Shown piece after piece: positions 1 to 13,782 of a DNA stretch of 64,000 bases. Source of the DNA: Hormiphora californensis. Lineage: Eukaryota; Animalia; Ctenophora. The stretch lies in contig CM035352.1 of assembly GCA_020137815.1 (NCBI GenBank), positions 4,650,001 to 4,714,000 on the forward strand. The letters run 5' to 3'. The position numbers were made by a program, and so were the translations under genes. The first letter of the stretch is position 1. Each line of letters begins with the position of its first letter. The notes under the pieces are model-generated. The model was not told where the DNA came from. It worked only from the letters and a program-made list of their open reading frames with translations, and did not search any database.

Positions 1-1662
1 CCTCCAAGTTTTGCTTTATTTGTCCCTCGGGTTTCCTCTCTACACAGAAGTGGGTGATCATCTCGCCCTTTCCCTTGATGTTAACTTTGCCCCGTTTTGG
101 GAGCTTGAAGTGGTCGATTAGGTAGGGAAGGCACTCCGCGGGTAGTTGAATTTTACCCTCTTTACCTGTAGACATCATTCTACTAGAGAGGTTCACGGTG
201 TCTCCCCAGATATCATACAGGACCTGCAGGGGAGAGAGAGAGAGAGATATGTGAGTGATTTATTAGCTGCAGGGCCGGGGTAACTATCATAATGTGGTCA
301 AAGATTCCCATTTTCTACTTTTTTCCCCGTTGGCCTGACTATGATCCTATTCAGAATAGTATTCTCTGATAGGAGATGCTATATTTACTGGGGATTTGAG
401 GGATATAGTATAACCTATGAACAAGGTCGACTACCCTTGCACAGGGCCGCAACAAAGACCCATTATTATAGGCTAGTGTGTTTCCTATTGGAAGGCAGCC
501 ATATAAAAACCGGTTTAACGCCGGTCAAACATGGCATTGGCAGGAAGATTCCATTGAAAACCTGTTCACAATCTGGCTCTCGCCTCTCTCGCTCTTTCTC
601 TCGAGTGCGCTCTCGCTCTCTCTCTCTCACTCTCTCTTTTTCTCTCTCTCTCCCTCTCTCTCTCACTCGCTCACAACAAATAATTTATAACTTGGCACCC
701 AAGACTCTAAGCATTGGACATGAACTTGGCATTAGTTATCGGGGGATATTTTGTTGAATAAGGGATATCCCAAATTTTAGATATCACAGGCTATGATATA
801 TCATTCATTGCCCAGTATATCCCAGTATATCTTTTCAGCATTTTCGAAACAGCATGCCCGGGCTTGCCAAGTGCCAAGTCTATCAGCTTATACCTGAACA
901 CATGACCCATGTCTATCTAACGAGTGACCACATCACACATGTTAGGCCACATGTAACCACATCGCGTGACGACATATCGTACCTTATTTTGACCAATAAT
1001 TCCATCCGTAACAGGTCCGTAGTTGAAGCCAATCTTCATGAGAAATTTGGTACCAAGAGTATACTGGTTAAAATCCTTTAGAGTCTCCAGGATTTTGAAG
1101 CAGAAGTCCATCAGGTGAATAATGTGCTCGTGGTTACCCTGAAACATACAGATGGTTACCATGGTTACCCGTTAGAAACATACAGATGGTTACCCTGAAA
1201 CATACAGATGGTTACCATGGTTACCCCTTAGTTACAGTTTACACAATGTATAATTACAGAAAAACCATCACTACAAGACAAGTTAAAATCCCATGTATCA
1301 TCTTGTAGAGTCCTACTGTTGCTAGGGTGATGCTAGGGACTAGGGTGTTGCTAGGGTGTTGCTAGGGTGATGCTAGGGTGTTGCTAGGGTGATGCTAGGG
1401 TGTTGCTAGGGTGATGCTAGGGTGTTGCTAGGGTGTTGCTAGGGTGATGCTAGGGTGTTTCTACGGTGATGCTAGGGTGATGCTAGGGTGTTGCTTACCT
1501 GTTTCGTCTGCTCCTCAGTAAGGGGATCGAGACCAGAGGCAGCCATGTAACAAGGCCCAACCGTCTTAATCTTCTGAATAGCCCTCCACCTAGAGAGATT
1601 TCGTTGCTTAGAAAGAGAGATAGATAGATAAATAAAGATAGGGGAAAGAGAGTGAGAGAGCG

Positions 1663-1747
<85 letters not shown>

Positions 1748-4545
1748 AAAAGAGAAAACGCATACGTATGAGTATGCATTATACCTCGGATCGCATTTTC
1801 TCATGTCCGACGCAGAAGCCAGCAGATCATCTAAATCTCGGACTATCTCGTTCAGTACCCTGATACACCCCATTCCTCCCTCAAATTTCTCCTCGTAGAA
1901 GTCCCAGAAATTGACGACGGAGGCGAAAAATCACCCCAACATGCTCGTATGAGTGGGAGTAACTGGGGAGAGGTTGTTGGGCTAATGAATATTTCGAACG
2001 AGTAGCTGTTTATTAATTTTTCAAAACAATTTCGCGTTTTACAAAGTAGTCTTGAAAAAACAATTACTCGTAGTTCAATATACTCACCGAAGATCCCGTA
2101 GGAAATGTTCTGAAACATGTTTGGGGATGATGGTATTAAATAGTTGGGTTGTAACCTTTTCCTCCTCCCGCATTGTAGCCAACTCAAGGGTGCATTCCCT
2201 CATTACTGCAAACCGAGATCCTGTCTTCACAGAATTCACCCTGCAGGAGGTGATGTTAAACTTAAAAGGAACTACGACACACCAAACTATAAAAAAACTT
2301 TCTAACGGGTATGTGGCGGATGGAAAAATTATTCGAGGTTGTAGTTCTCTTCCTGGATGGGGAGAGTATCAAAAATAAACAGGAAAACAAGAAGCATAAA
2401 CATACTTCTTGTTTTCCTGTTTATCTTTGATACTCTCCATATCCAGGATGATAACTACAACCTCGGAAAACTTTCTAGTTTGGGTTTGTAACAGTAACCG
2501 GGCACCGCTAGTAACACTCTCATGCTTGAATCTGGAATAATCTCACTTGTAAAGAATCATGTATGTTTGCTTTGTACGTACCACAGTAGAGTTTTAACGG
2601 CTACAAATAGACACAGCGCTGAGGTAATACCGAAGCCAGGAAGAAAACCTGAAAACAAGAGAGGGTTGGTATTTTGTATCGTGGAATTAGAGATTTCTCT
2701 TTCTCGAAATGCATAAATGTATATGTTGTCGAGATAAGAGTGGTGTAGAGTTTTTGCTTGTTGGTTGGTTGAACCGTCTTTGATTTTAGAAGAAGTTGGT
2801 GACAGTGCTGCTCACATACACATGTTTTTTTCCTTGTAATTCGGCCATTTCGTATGCAAATGACATCTTGCTAATTTGAACTGTCTGAACAATAATATTG
2901 TTTTGTATTGTATTGTTGTGTAGTTATTGTCATGACAAGAAACAGGGCCTAATTTACAGATCACCACACAGTGCACCATGAACGAGCATGTGGTTATCCG
3001 AGCAATGGCGGTGTTAACTTGGGTCGGTGCCGCCCTAGGTATGATCAATATCATCCTGAACACTATTGCAATAAGGTAAATCGTCTTCTCCCCCCCCCCC
3101 CCCCCGTTTTGATTCTCAAATCTGAGTGTGCGAGCAGTGCGCTCAGAGATAGATCGGGTCGGCTCTGCCAGACAGTTTTGCTGAGAGGGCAGCTGGGCTT
3201 GTGCACACAATTATCTATATCACGGCCCGTTGGCAAGGTAAATCTTATAACTGCCAAGTTTTCTCTGAAATTATTCCACTTTTTCAGAGTTTATAGCCGC
3301 CTGAAACCAAGAACCTATGCAACGTACTACCTTTATATTTGTATTTGTGTGGCTGATATTATTAATGGCTTCAACAGCTTCGTTACCTTTGCCATCTTTA
3401 AATCCGGGAAAAAGGAGCATAAACAGGTTTGGAATACCAACTGGTAGCTGCTATAGTTTACAGTTGCAGTATCTTACGGTAATTGTGAGGGGCAAAGATA
3501 CGCCAAAAACCGAAGCCGATATTTCTCCAGATGTAAACTAAAATTAAGTGATTTCTAATCTTCCCTCCATCCTCTTCAGATACTTTGTGACATCATAGGA
3601 CCTGTTTCGTGTTCAGCCCGGCTCACACTTGACCTTCTTACAATACTGAGTGTGGGTCGAATGGTGGCCATTGCATTTCCATTCCACTTCCGGAGTCTGT
3701 TTAGCTACAGGAAGTGCTCGGTGTATGTGGGACTCTTCATAGCCTTTACAATTGTACAGTACCTGTTAGTCCCCATCAGCGGAGGAAGATTCGTCCCACT
3801 AGGCAAGTACAGGGGTAACTCATAGAGTAAATCAACATATTATCATGATGTGCTTTTTTCTATAATTTCCCCTCATTTAACAAATAACCTCTCGTTGTCT
3901 GATACCCTTTATCAAGAGGGTCTCGGAAACTACCAACTGCACCGATCCCACTCTCCCAGTGCGTCACGGAATGTAACTCTATGATCTTCAGACAGCGGGT
4001 GGTGTGCGGCAGTGGTAAACAACACGGATCACAACATTACGGAAGCCACCAGGATATGTATGGAGATGGTACCACTTGTTGTGGAAGTTACAATTAGCGT
4101 GGGATGCTTTGTAGCCGCCATGGTTACTCTCAGGTTAGGTTACCAAGCCATTTCCCATGGTTACCAACCCATTCTCCATGGTTACAAACCCATTCCTCAT
4201 AGTTGCCTACCATTAAATCAAACTTGTTGACTGCATTCAATCCCTAGAGTTTAAGCAATTTTGCAGAATTGACCCTGAAAAACAGAACCTCATGTCAAGT
4301 ACACCATGGTTACCAACCCATTCCCCAAGGTTAACTACCAGTTAATAAACCTATTTGACTGTACCCATGTTCGCAGGATTGACCCTGAGAAGCAGAACCT
4401 GATGTCAAGTACACGGGCGAGACGGAAAAGCATTGTAACCCTAAACTACATGCTGGTATCTTTTATCTTTTGCTTCGGACCTTGGACCCTACTTGAGTTG
4501 CTTGGTACACTCAAACTGATGGGCATCAATACTGGCATTTACATA

Positions 4546-4632
<87 letters not shown>

Positions 4633-7534
4633 GGATGGCTATGTTACCATTGTCTGTGAGGTTCAGGTGCAACTAGCATCTTTTATGGGGTCTAATGTAC
4701 ACGATACTGTGTATGTTGCTGTAACTTAGTCATTCGTCCAGCAACATCCCTTTAGTTCCGCCGGTCTACCCCCACCATACATTTATCTTGTCTTACTCTA
4801 CCCTCTTTCCGTGCGCTCCGCCCTCTTTTACAAATATAAAAGAGGGTTAGAACATAACAAACCACTCTTTCACAGATTCCAATTACAGGTCCTGATGTAA
4901 AACCGAGCTGTATCACTAAAATAATGTACAAGTTAATGCTGACTGGCATCTACATGAATGGTGTTTTTAATGCTACCTTCCTGCTAAGAGGCGCTGGAAG
5001 GACCAGGATTAGAGAGGCTTTCTCGAGCACCACGCAGACCAGCATTACCCCAACTGCCAAGGTGAATTGAGACTTTATAGTTGCTAGAGACAGTTCAGGA
5101 AGGTGTGTTTTAGGGTCATTCGTTCATGATATTGTCGCGGGTAGTGATAAGTGCTTATAGGTTCAATCCCAGAAGAAGAAAGATATGAGTTGATTTTGTG
5201 AATTCCATGAGTGTGTTGTGTGCTTTCAGTTTATCTGGTGACGTTATAGCATTGTATAAAGATTACTGTCAATCAAATCAGTCACATATTATGTTGTTCT
5301 GTCAGCCGTATGGCGTATATGATGTGTTCTAAAGAACTGACCAGAAGACCGATAAGTGTGTTCTCTGACATTAAACACTGTCTGAGCACTGGAACTGACA
5401 GATATCGTCTGCACATCATTTATATACTGATAATATATTATTCATGATATAAATTCAGACTGGGTGGCAGCTCACTTTGGAGAATGTCCTTGGAAGAGGG
5501 AGGTGAGTTCTGGATAGCGCGCCGCGCACAGTGTCTCACAAGGCGGTCACCGCGCGTTACTACCTGCTGTTGAGGCGTTGTTGTGATCCCCAGCTAGTCC
5601 GAGTAGAACAAGCGAACTGGCGAGGCTTCCACTCAAGATTACTAGATGATACAGCTAGAGAGGGGTGGGGGTGTTATCAGTGTGTATACTGAAGCCACAC
5701 CTGGGGGCCGATAGGCTTGGAAGGAACAATATGTGGTTTAAATATGACTTACATAGAAGGGACGCTCAAACACGAGAACGTGAACAACTGCCAGTCCGAG
5801 GGGTAGAGTGGCGTATTGTAACTCACTGTATTGTCCTTCCCCCATTAATAGTGCTGAAATAGGGTGAGGGTTCAACTTAAAATATAATACTAAACGTTTA
5901 GGGGGGATATATGTGGTGGGTTAGACAAGGAATAAATGATTTAAAATAGGAAACATTCTCCCTCTTGCTCCCATTTCCCTTAAACACCGTACCTGGATGG
6001 ATGACAGCTGACAAGACTATTAAGAAGGATGATAGGAATGGTAGAACGAGAGAGGATATCGAATTTAGGCTCTCCAAACATCCAAGAACCCTAACTCTCC
6101 GCCACCGTGCCAGTGCCACCAGAAAAAGTAGAAATATCAGTAGGTTGCAGACCACTTCTGTAATTATCAAGGCCACCCTGGGATGATAATTATGTAATTG
6201 GGGTAATTATGTTATTATCATTAGTCTCATGAGAATGGGATATGTGTGTAGAGTTATTCTCCTTCGTCTTTCTCTTTTATCGATCCCATCTCTCTTTCTA
6301 CTCTCTCTCTCTCTCTCTGTTCCCTCCCTGTCTCTCTTCAGCACAAACATCTTGATCTAGATTGTCTCATCGTATAATAATTAATAATAAAAAAGACACA
6401 GAGAGAAAGAGAGAGAGAAAGAGACTTTCTGTATGTCTCTACTCTCTCTCTTTTCTATCTCTCTTCTTTTCTATATCTCTCTCGCTGTCTTCCCCTTCTT
6501 CTCTCTCCTGTCTAGTTAGTGATGTGTATTCTTTCTTTATTAATTTCTTGTGTTTCTCTTTATACAGCCAAAATACATACATTGGTTTGCTTACAACAGA
6601 CAACTGTTCGTTGACAGACAGATACACAATGGGCGAGTGATACAGAGAGAAAAAGAATGAGATAAAGAGAGAAAAAGAGAGAGAGAGATAGAGACAGGCT
6701 TGCCGAGACGCCAACATCACCCGACTTCCTATGTACACCAACCACAAAATTATTGTCAGAGAAGAGATAGATTGATGTAGAAAGAAAGAGATACACTACC
6801 ACTTCTTCTTATCTCCACTGGACAGAGTCACCCCGTCCCTGTCTAAAGTAGAGGGCAACTCCCACTTGTCTCGACTTGGAGCCCTAACAAGTACAATACA
6901 TATTCGTCCTTCATAATTTCTATCGAATCCGTCTGTCATTCCACCGTGCATCTCTCTCATTCTTCCCTATCTCTCTCTATCTCTCTCTCGTTCTTCCCTA
7001 TCTCTCTCAGTCTATCTCTCTCTCCGTCTCATTCTTCCTCTTTCTATTTCTGCACAAGCTCCTCCCTGCTGTCGCCCACTCAATTCTGACACACGCTCAA
7101 CTCCCTAAGGCCCAAGTTCTTTTCTCATGTTAATGTATGGTATGTATGCTTTGAAACCCTGTATATCATCTCTCCCCTTTCCGCTCGCTCCCTCTCTCTT
7201 TCTCTCTCTCTCTCTCTCCCTCTCTCTTTCTCCCCTCTCTTTCTCTCACTCCCCCATGATTCTAAGGTCACGCTGTGGGACACTTACGTTTCTCCTCCAT
7301 TAAGAGTCAGAGATACAGCCATGGTGATTAGTCCGACGATTAGCAAAGCTAGCATTGTGAGCACTGTAAAGCCACGGGGAAATATGCAGTTGCACCCTGA
7401 CTCTTCCCAACCATGCTTCTGCAAAGAGAGGGGATGGTAATAATTAGTTAACTCAAAAACTACCGAGAGTGTGCTAAGTATGTAAATGGATCAGTAAATC
7501 TCTTTGACTCTTTAAATCTCTCTCTCTCTCTCAA

Positions 7535-7601
<67 letters not shown>

Positions 7602-9461
7602 ATCCCTCTCGCTCCCTCTCAATCTCATTAGGTTACTAACCAAGTAGTCCTGTTGCACTTTGAGCGATTTGAAGGTCGCAGTCAAAGGGTTTAGGGTGAG
7701 ACTATTCCCAGGTCGCTCTGTTTTTGTGTCACTTTGGAACAGTTCCAGAAGGGGCCAGGGTATGGAACTTGAGTCCGATAGAACCTGTCTCTTCCTTGTA
7801 GAGTGGTTCTGGGGAGAATGAAATGTGAAAGTAACACACACAGACAGATAAACCGAGGATTTATAATGACGCACATCTAACATTGTTTTGATATCTAAAA
7901 CGTACAAAGAGGAATCAATAATTCAAAACCATCTGAATTAATCCAGGATAATACACAAACAGTAACTGTTGCTATCCATTATATATTCATAATTCATTCA
8001 GAAATATCATAACAATTACAATATGCATTATGCGTGAGACGTCAAACAATACTTGTTCAAACTGTCTGCATATACTAAATACTATAATAAAATACACCCC
8101 AGCCAAACTTTGTTACCTATCATAATAATTACCTAATAATCCCGATCCAGTGTACCAAAAACTTTCTTATAATATGAATTTTGAATCCATCTCGTATACG
8201 TACGACAATGGCAGTGAAAACTTAACTAGCTTGTTATGTTGTATTCGATAGGGTCCATCTCTCTCTGTGTTACCCTTTTATGTCAAATCAATTGCATAAC
8301 TGTTTAGCAATGCAAATTGCAATGTTCAGAGCAGCTTTGTTTGTAGTCTGTTAGTCTGTGTGTGAGATATACATGTCAACGCCCTCAAACTCAAAATTAC
8401 AAAGCGCAGACTGTGAAACAAAGAGTAAACTATAAATATTGTTTGAACAATACGTAATTCTCATATTCTCATATATAATATTCTTTATTTTCTGTTCAAA
8501 TGTTGGTTTTTCATAAAACCCCCAGTTCAAGAGAGGTCAATTAGACCAAAAAAGTCAAAACCTCCCCTGTTTCATTTGTCGCACCCCAAATGGACCACAT
8601 GTGCAACACAACCTAATTTCTCTCCCCCAATATATTACAGCATGACTATGCATTATTTGAAATTGCTCGGGCATGGTCCATGGAATTAATTACCCATAAG
8701 GTGTACACGTGATATCACAATCTGGTGCTCTATTCACACTATCACAGTACACGTGCTGTATCTTACTATATCCCACCACCCCTCTTTATTTGATTTTTCA
8801 CTAGGAGATAGTATACGCCAGGTTTCAAGGGATCCAAAAAGGTACCATGCTGAATTATATGTATGTTATACTGTATGCAGGATCCATACTTCCATGGAAG
8901 ATAAACGTAGTCCTGAGAGAGAGAGAGAGAGAGAAAGAGAGATAGAGAGAGAGGGAGAGAGAGAGAGAGAAAGAGAGATAGAGTGAGAGAGAGGGAGAGA
9001 GAGAGAAAATGAGAGATACTTAAGAGAGAACAAAGGATACGAATTGCTGTGAAGGACTGGTTTCCTCCACAGAAGGGCTGGTTTGCTCCACAGAAGGGCG
9101 GGTTCCACGGAAGAAGTAAAGAGAAGAATGAAGACCCACAGTTGACCCCTCTTCTAAACTACACTCAATAAACACACGCACTTCTCCATCTGAATACTGA
9201 GGTCTGAGCCCGATCACCGAGCAATTACCAGGGGCTAGTCCTGCTAGTCGTTTGTGCGTACCAGCAAACTTATGACGCTAAGTTTTTCCAGGTTTAGGAC
9301 AACTGTATCCGTCCAACACTGAATGTGTACAGGCTTTCTAAAATACATATAATAGGGCCATATAACTGTCAGTATAGCTGTCTTAAAATAAACAATACTG
9401 TACACCATGAGTACCATTACATTGTTACAGAGATAGAGAGAGAGATAGAGATAGAGAGAGA

Positions 9462-9494
<33 letters not shown>

Positions 9495-12400
9495 CACAGA
9501 GATAATGCATGTATGTGGGTAGCTTGCTCTTGTACTGCTGTTTTGCAACTCGAACTGTATGAACAATGGTCGATGCAACCAGCTGCTCTTAAGACAAAAC
9601 AATGTAACCATTGTTCTGCCAAAGTCCAATAATTTCCAAAACACAGTGCTAGGATGAGATTGCTCCATTGACAAGATAAACAACGAAGTAATGGTACTCA
9701 ATCAATTGCTCCATTGAACAAAGACTTGTCATGCATGTTCCAACTGTGTTTATATAATGGGCGACCGTGTTATAATTAATGCGAAACAAAAACTGGGGCA
9801 CCTTCTGTCTATAATAGGCTACTATAATAGCTGACCCTTGAGTACCAATTTCCCAGCACCAACCTCTCTCTGTATTTGTCACAATGACCAACTAAAAGTT
9901 TGATCTATTGAACCGTCACAGAGCGCGGTGTGAGCCACACAACAATACGGGTGTACAATGAACTCAAGTGGTTACTTACATTATTACTGGTGATACACCG
10001 AGTGAAGCTAATTTTATCATGTACATACCTGGTGATGATTTCCGTTCCCATTTGCAGCAACAGGACTCGCACTTGACATGCACTTGTATCTCTTTCCCTC
10101 ATTCGCAGCCTGCCAGGGGGATATAAATAATAAAAGAGATAATAAAAGAGATTTAACACGCAGAGCGTGCGGGTGATCTTGGCAGGAAACATGAAAATAA
10201 AAACTTCCTTTTTAGAAAAAAAGGGGGAAGGAGCGAAACCGAGAAGGGGTTTGAACATCTAAGTAACGAGTCGTTGATTTGTTTTTTGGGATATAAAGAG
10301 ATTTAAATGTATGTATTATATTTCGGTATTCCTGTCATTGTGACGCACGTCATAACAGATCTATCACTGCTGCACCCATATAACGATGAGTGACAGCTGT
10401 GGTACAAATTGGTGTAAAATCTACATAGCTCTCTCTCTCTCTCTTTCTACCCAGTCCCCAATTTACAGGTGCATGCCCGTGCAGCACTAACCTGTGAAAT
10501 ATAGGGCAGTAGGATGGGAAGGACTCGATATCCCTTGTCCAATTCCTCAGAAGATATGATCTGATCAAGGGACACAGTTCCGTCGAAATCATTACTGTCC
10601 AGAACACTCCGTCTTTTACTTTCTATCGTCCGATAAATTACCGTCTCAGAAATCTGAATAGAGTTTGTAGATGGAAAATGTGATTGCACCACTAACAGGG
10701 TACCCGGTACTTTCAAAATTAATAATGTACTGTCACAAGGTTATGCATACAGTAAGTGTGGTATTAATTGGGAATATTGTGACATGTATTATTATTGGGA
10801 GAATGGGTGGATGGAGATATCGGAGAAAGGAAACCACCGGGGGAGAAAAAGTAGAAATAAAGAAAAAAGGAAAAGGGGGTCGAGATAGCTGATATAGCGT
10901 ATATCTCATATAATATGAAGAATAGATCATAATCGCATCTTCCTATATAATAATTCCTATTCTCTCTCTCTACCTCCTCACAGGAAAATACAATATTTTA
11001 TGTTTTCCTGCTATCACGCAGGGCGCAGTGAGAGAGGATCTAGCAAGGCAAGGGGTTGGAGGAGGAGGGCAATGGGGGCGGCAGGTCGTGTCGACTATAA
11101 CGTACCATATTTGAACTTAGTCCCACCAACAATACCACACAGTACAATCCCCGTATGGATACCAACTCGAATGTTGATGGACTTGTTTCTTTCCTCACAA
11201 AACTCTCGTGTCTGCAGGGAGGAAACAATTGAGTAGGCTGTAGGGAGGGAATGTGAGTAAGGGGCGAATGTTAGTAGGGAGGGAACATGTGAGTAGGGAG
11301 GGGGAATGTGAGTTAGCCATCCAAATGTGACAAAATATGAGCCATTTGTGGCGAAACTATTATTTATTATCTTCTCCCATAATCCACTGTAAAACAGTTA
11401 CTAAACTAATATAAACAAGTGCAGCCAATGTTGGTTTGATAGGTACTAGGAACACAGCAGGAACCGACCGAATCAGGAAATACTGGACCCTGATTGGCTA
11501 ATAATCAGTCATGTGACCTAAATAACGAGTTCTGATTGGTTGTTTACTTGTTTCGGTCGGCTCCTGGAACACAGTTATTGTACACGTGTGCATTATAATA
11601 GTTGTGTAGTAGGGAATGTGGGGCCCACATTGTACACAATTAATCGATTGCAGCTGCAGTGGCTTCAAATCTCTTCCGTGTACACAATACACACCTGAAT
11701 CTCAGCTACTGCAACATATATTGTGCATCATATCATCGACAACGTACCAAATCGCCCTACGTCAATGTCTATTTTTGATAGGTTTCTCGTCTTGATGTGA
11801 CGTTAGCTGTCTAGTTCGGTACACTTTGGGATGTGATAAGGAAGTAATAGGATTGCATAGGTTTCAAGGAGCCACACTTTCTCCTCCTCTTGAGAGGAAG
11901 AAAGAGAGAGGGGAGAGAGCTCTCATCCTCTCTCTTTCTTCCTCCCTCTCTTTCTTCCTCTCTTTCAACACGTATAATCTACGTAGTACACTACAATAAT
12001 ATGTCTTATTTTAGCTCTACAATATACACACCTAAACAACAAGAAACTCCACACAAAGCCCCCCCCCGGAACAGCAACAAATAGAACACCACTGACCGGC
12101 CCACAAAGCCCCCCCCCCCCCCCCCCCGGAACAGCAACAAATAGAACACCGCTGACCGGCCCACAAAGCCCCCCCCCCCCCCCCGGAACAGCAACAAATA
12201 GAACACCACTGACCGGCCCACAAAGCCCCCCTCCCGGAACAGCAACAAATAGAACACCGCTGACCGGCCCACAAAGCCCCCCCCCCCCCCGGAACAGCAA
12301 CAAATAGAACACCACTGACCGGCCCACAAAGCCCCCCCCCCCCCCCCCGGAACAGCAACAAATAGAACACCGCTGACCGGCCCACAAAGCCCCCCCCCCC

Positions 12401-13472
12401 CCCCCGGAACAGCAACAAATAGAACACCACTGACCGGCCCACAAAGCCCCCCTCCCGAACAGCAACAAATAGAACACCACTGACCGGCCCACAAAGCCCC
12501 CCCCCTCCCGGAACAGCAAACAAATAGAACACCACTGACCGGCCCACACCCCCCCCCCTCCCGGAACAGCAACAAATAGAACACCGCTGACCGGCCCACA
12601 AAGCCCCCCCCCCCCCGGAACAGCAACAAATAGAACACCACTGACCGGCCCACAAAGCCCCCCCCCTCCCCCCCCCCGGAACAGCAACAAATAGAACACC
12701 ACTGACCGGCCCACAAAGCCCCCCCCCCCCCCCGGAACAGCAACAAATAGAACACCTGCACTGACCGGCCCCCTCCCGGAACAGCAACAAATAGCACACC
12801 ACTGACCGGCCCACACCCCCGGTTGGATCGCTATATTTTACGTGATAGGATTGCTGATAACCATTAAGCTATGAAACCACTTTACTTTCCTCTCCTAAAT
12901 ACTTTACCATAGTCAACTATTATTATGTAAAGGTATGCGGAATTCTCTCCATGGAAATGGCACGCTTGTAATGTTATAGACAAGGAATGCTAAACGGGCC
13001 GTGTCTACTGACATTATATCATTGTTAGATCGTGCTTGTTCTGCATATTGATAGATTCGCATTCGGAAGCAGTTGTTCCATTTATGCATAGCGAGGTAGA
13101 ATGCGAGAGAGACGTCCATGATCACTATATTCATGTTTCGCGCTACCCCTCACACCTCCCCCAATTATGCTTATCGGCACACTTCTTAACTAAGCTAGTA
13201 GCTAACCCTTGGCCACTTACAGAAAATATCCCTAACAGTGCAGCTACCAAATAATTACTGCATATAAGACTAACCCCATACTTACTGCAAACACGTCCCC
13301 TAACAGTACACTGTACAGTACACCTAACTACAGACAAGACCCGGAGCCCGGTGCCCATATATTTTACAGATAAGATCCCCAACCCGGGGTGGTCCCATAC
13401 TTACAGCTTTGATCAGTCCAACACCAGTGTACATACAATTATCAGCATGCCTCTCATCAGGCTCTGGGCATC
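1..13472 (-). CDS. Transmembrane adenylate cyclase (ADCY family), partial: part of C1, C1b, second TM cluster and C2
   Basis: Exons read manually: 13472-13405 (GCPEPDERHADNCMYTGVGLIKA), 11211-11106 (INIRVGIHTGIVLCGIVGGTKFKY), ~10653-10492, 10109-10029, 7808-7641, 7418-7288, 6177-5993, 5853-5753, 5654-5564, 2648-2582 (hydrophobic TM exons), 2240-2088 (LFNTIIPKHVSEHFL), 1962-1785 (YSHSYEHVGVIFASV..LNEIVRDLDDLL), 1589-1499 (KIKTVGPCYMAASG), 1138-983 (KIGFNYGPVTDGIIG), 223-1 (YDIWGDTVNLSSRM). The C2 Lys/Asp/Asn/Arg typical of ATP-specific cyclases are present. One extra base lies at 1926-1930. The 5' half was not found and the 3' end runs off the window. Confidence 0.9.
1319..1493. repeat. 11-bp minisatellite CTAGGGTG(T/A)TG, about 15 copies
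   Basis: Direct tandem repeats abutting the adenylate cyclase splice donor at 1497-1498. Confidence 0.9.
2334..2465. repeat. Short inverted repeat/hairpin (MITE-like), arms about 60 bp
   Basis: CGAGGTTGTAGTT...AAACAGGAAAACAAGAAG is mirrored by CTTCTTGTTTTCCTGTTT...AACTACAACCTCG. Confidence 0.75.
2978..5070 (+). CDS. Divergent rhodopsin-like (class A) 7TM GPCR, 6 exons, nested antisense in adenylate cyclase intron 2649-5563
   Basis: Exons 2978-3075, 3288-3426, 3580-3802, 3992-4133, 4377-4546 and 4889-5070 join in frame. They give seven hydrophobic segments with TM1 Asn, TM2 CVAD, a Cys at the start of TM3, SVGRMVAIAFP at the DRY position, an ECL2 Cys, TM6 FIFCFGP and TM7 NGVFNATF. Confidence 0.85.
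11458..11566. mobile_element. ~109-bp hAT-type MITE (family A)
   Basis: TIR CAGGAACCGACCGAA / TTCGGTCGGCTCCTG with 8-bp TSD GAACACAG on both sides. Further copies lie at 14944-15010 (partial) and 53831-53939. Confidence 0.85.
12050..12815. repeat. ~60-bp minisatellite, about 13 copies, with variable poly-C tract
   Basis: Unit GGAACAGCAACAAATAGAACACC(A/G)CTGACCGGCCCACAAAG followed by a C run of variable length. Confidence 0.95.
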
Positions 13473-13691
13473 CTGAAACAAAAAACGGGGTAATTGAGAG
13501 AAATGTGTTGTGGTTTACACTGTGGGAGAAATAAATGCACGTGTGTAAGAGGGAGTAATTAGCGTCTCTTAATTGGACGGCCAATTAATATATCTCACAC
13601 AAGTCTCTGTGGCATAAACGGCGTTGGCTAATTATTATACACACACGTTTATTCTGGATATATAGTTAGCTTTACCACTGCATGGAGACAG

Positions 13692-13782
<91 letters not shown>

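Noticed and set aside
4889-5070. The nested GPCR as an opsin
   Set aside because: The position equivalent to the retinal-binding Lys (6 residues before the NPxxY Asn) is Tyr.
9020-9900. Extra exon-like segments on the - strand inside a cyclase intron
   Set aside because: There is an in-frame stop and no recognisable domain, and the host frame is complete without them.
12050-12815. CRISPR-like array and three long overlapping ORFs
   Set aside because: The 'spacers' are only poly-C runs, there are no cas genes and the context is eukaryotic. The ORFs are translations of the repeat.
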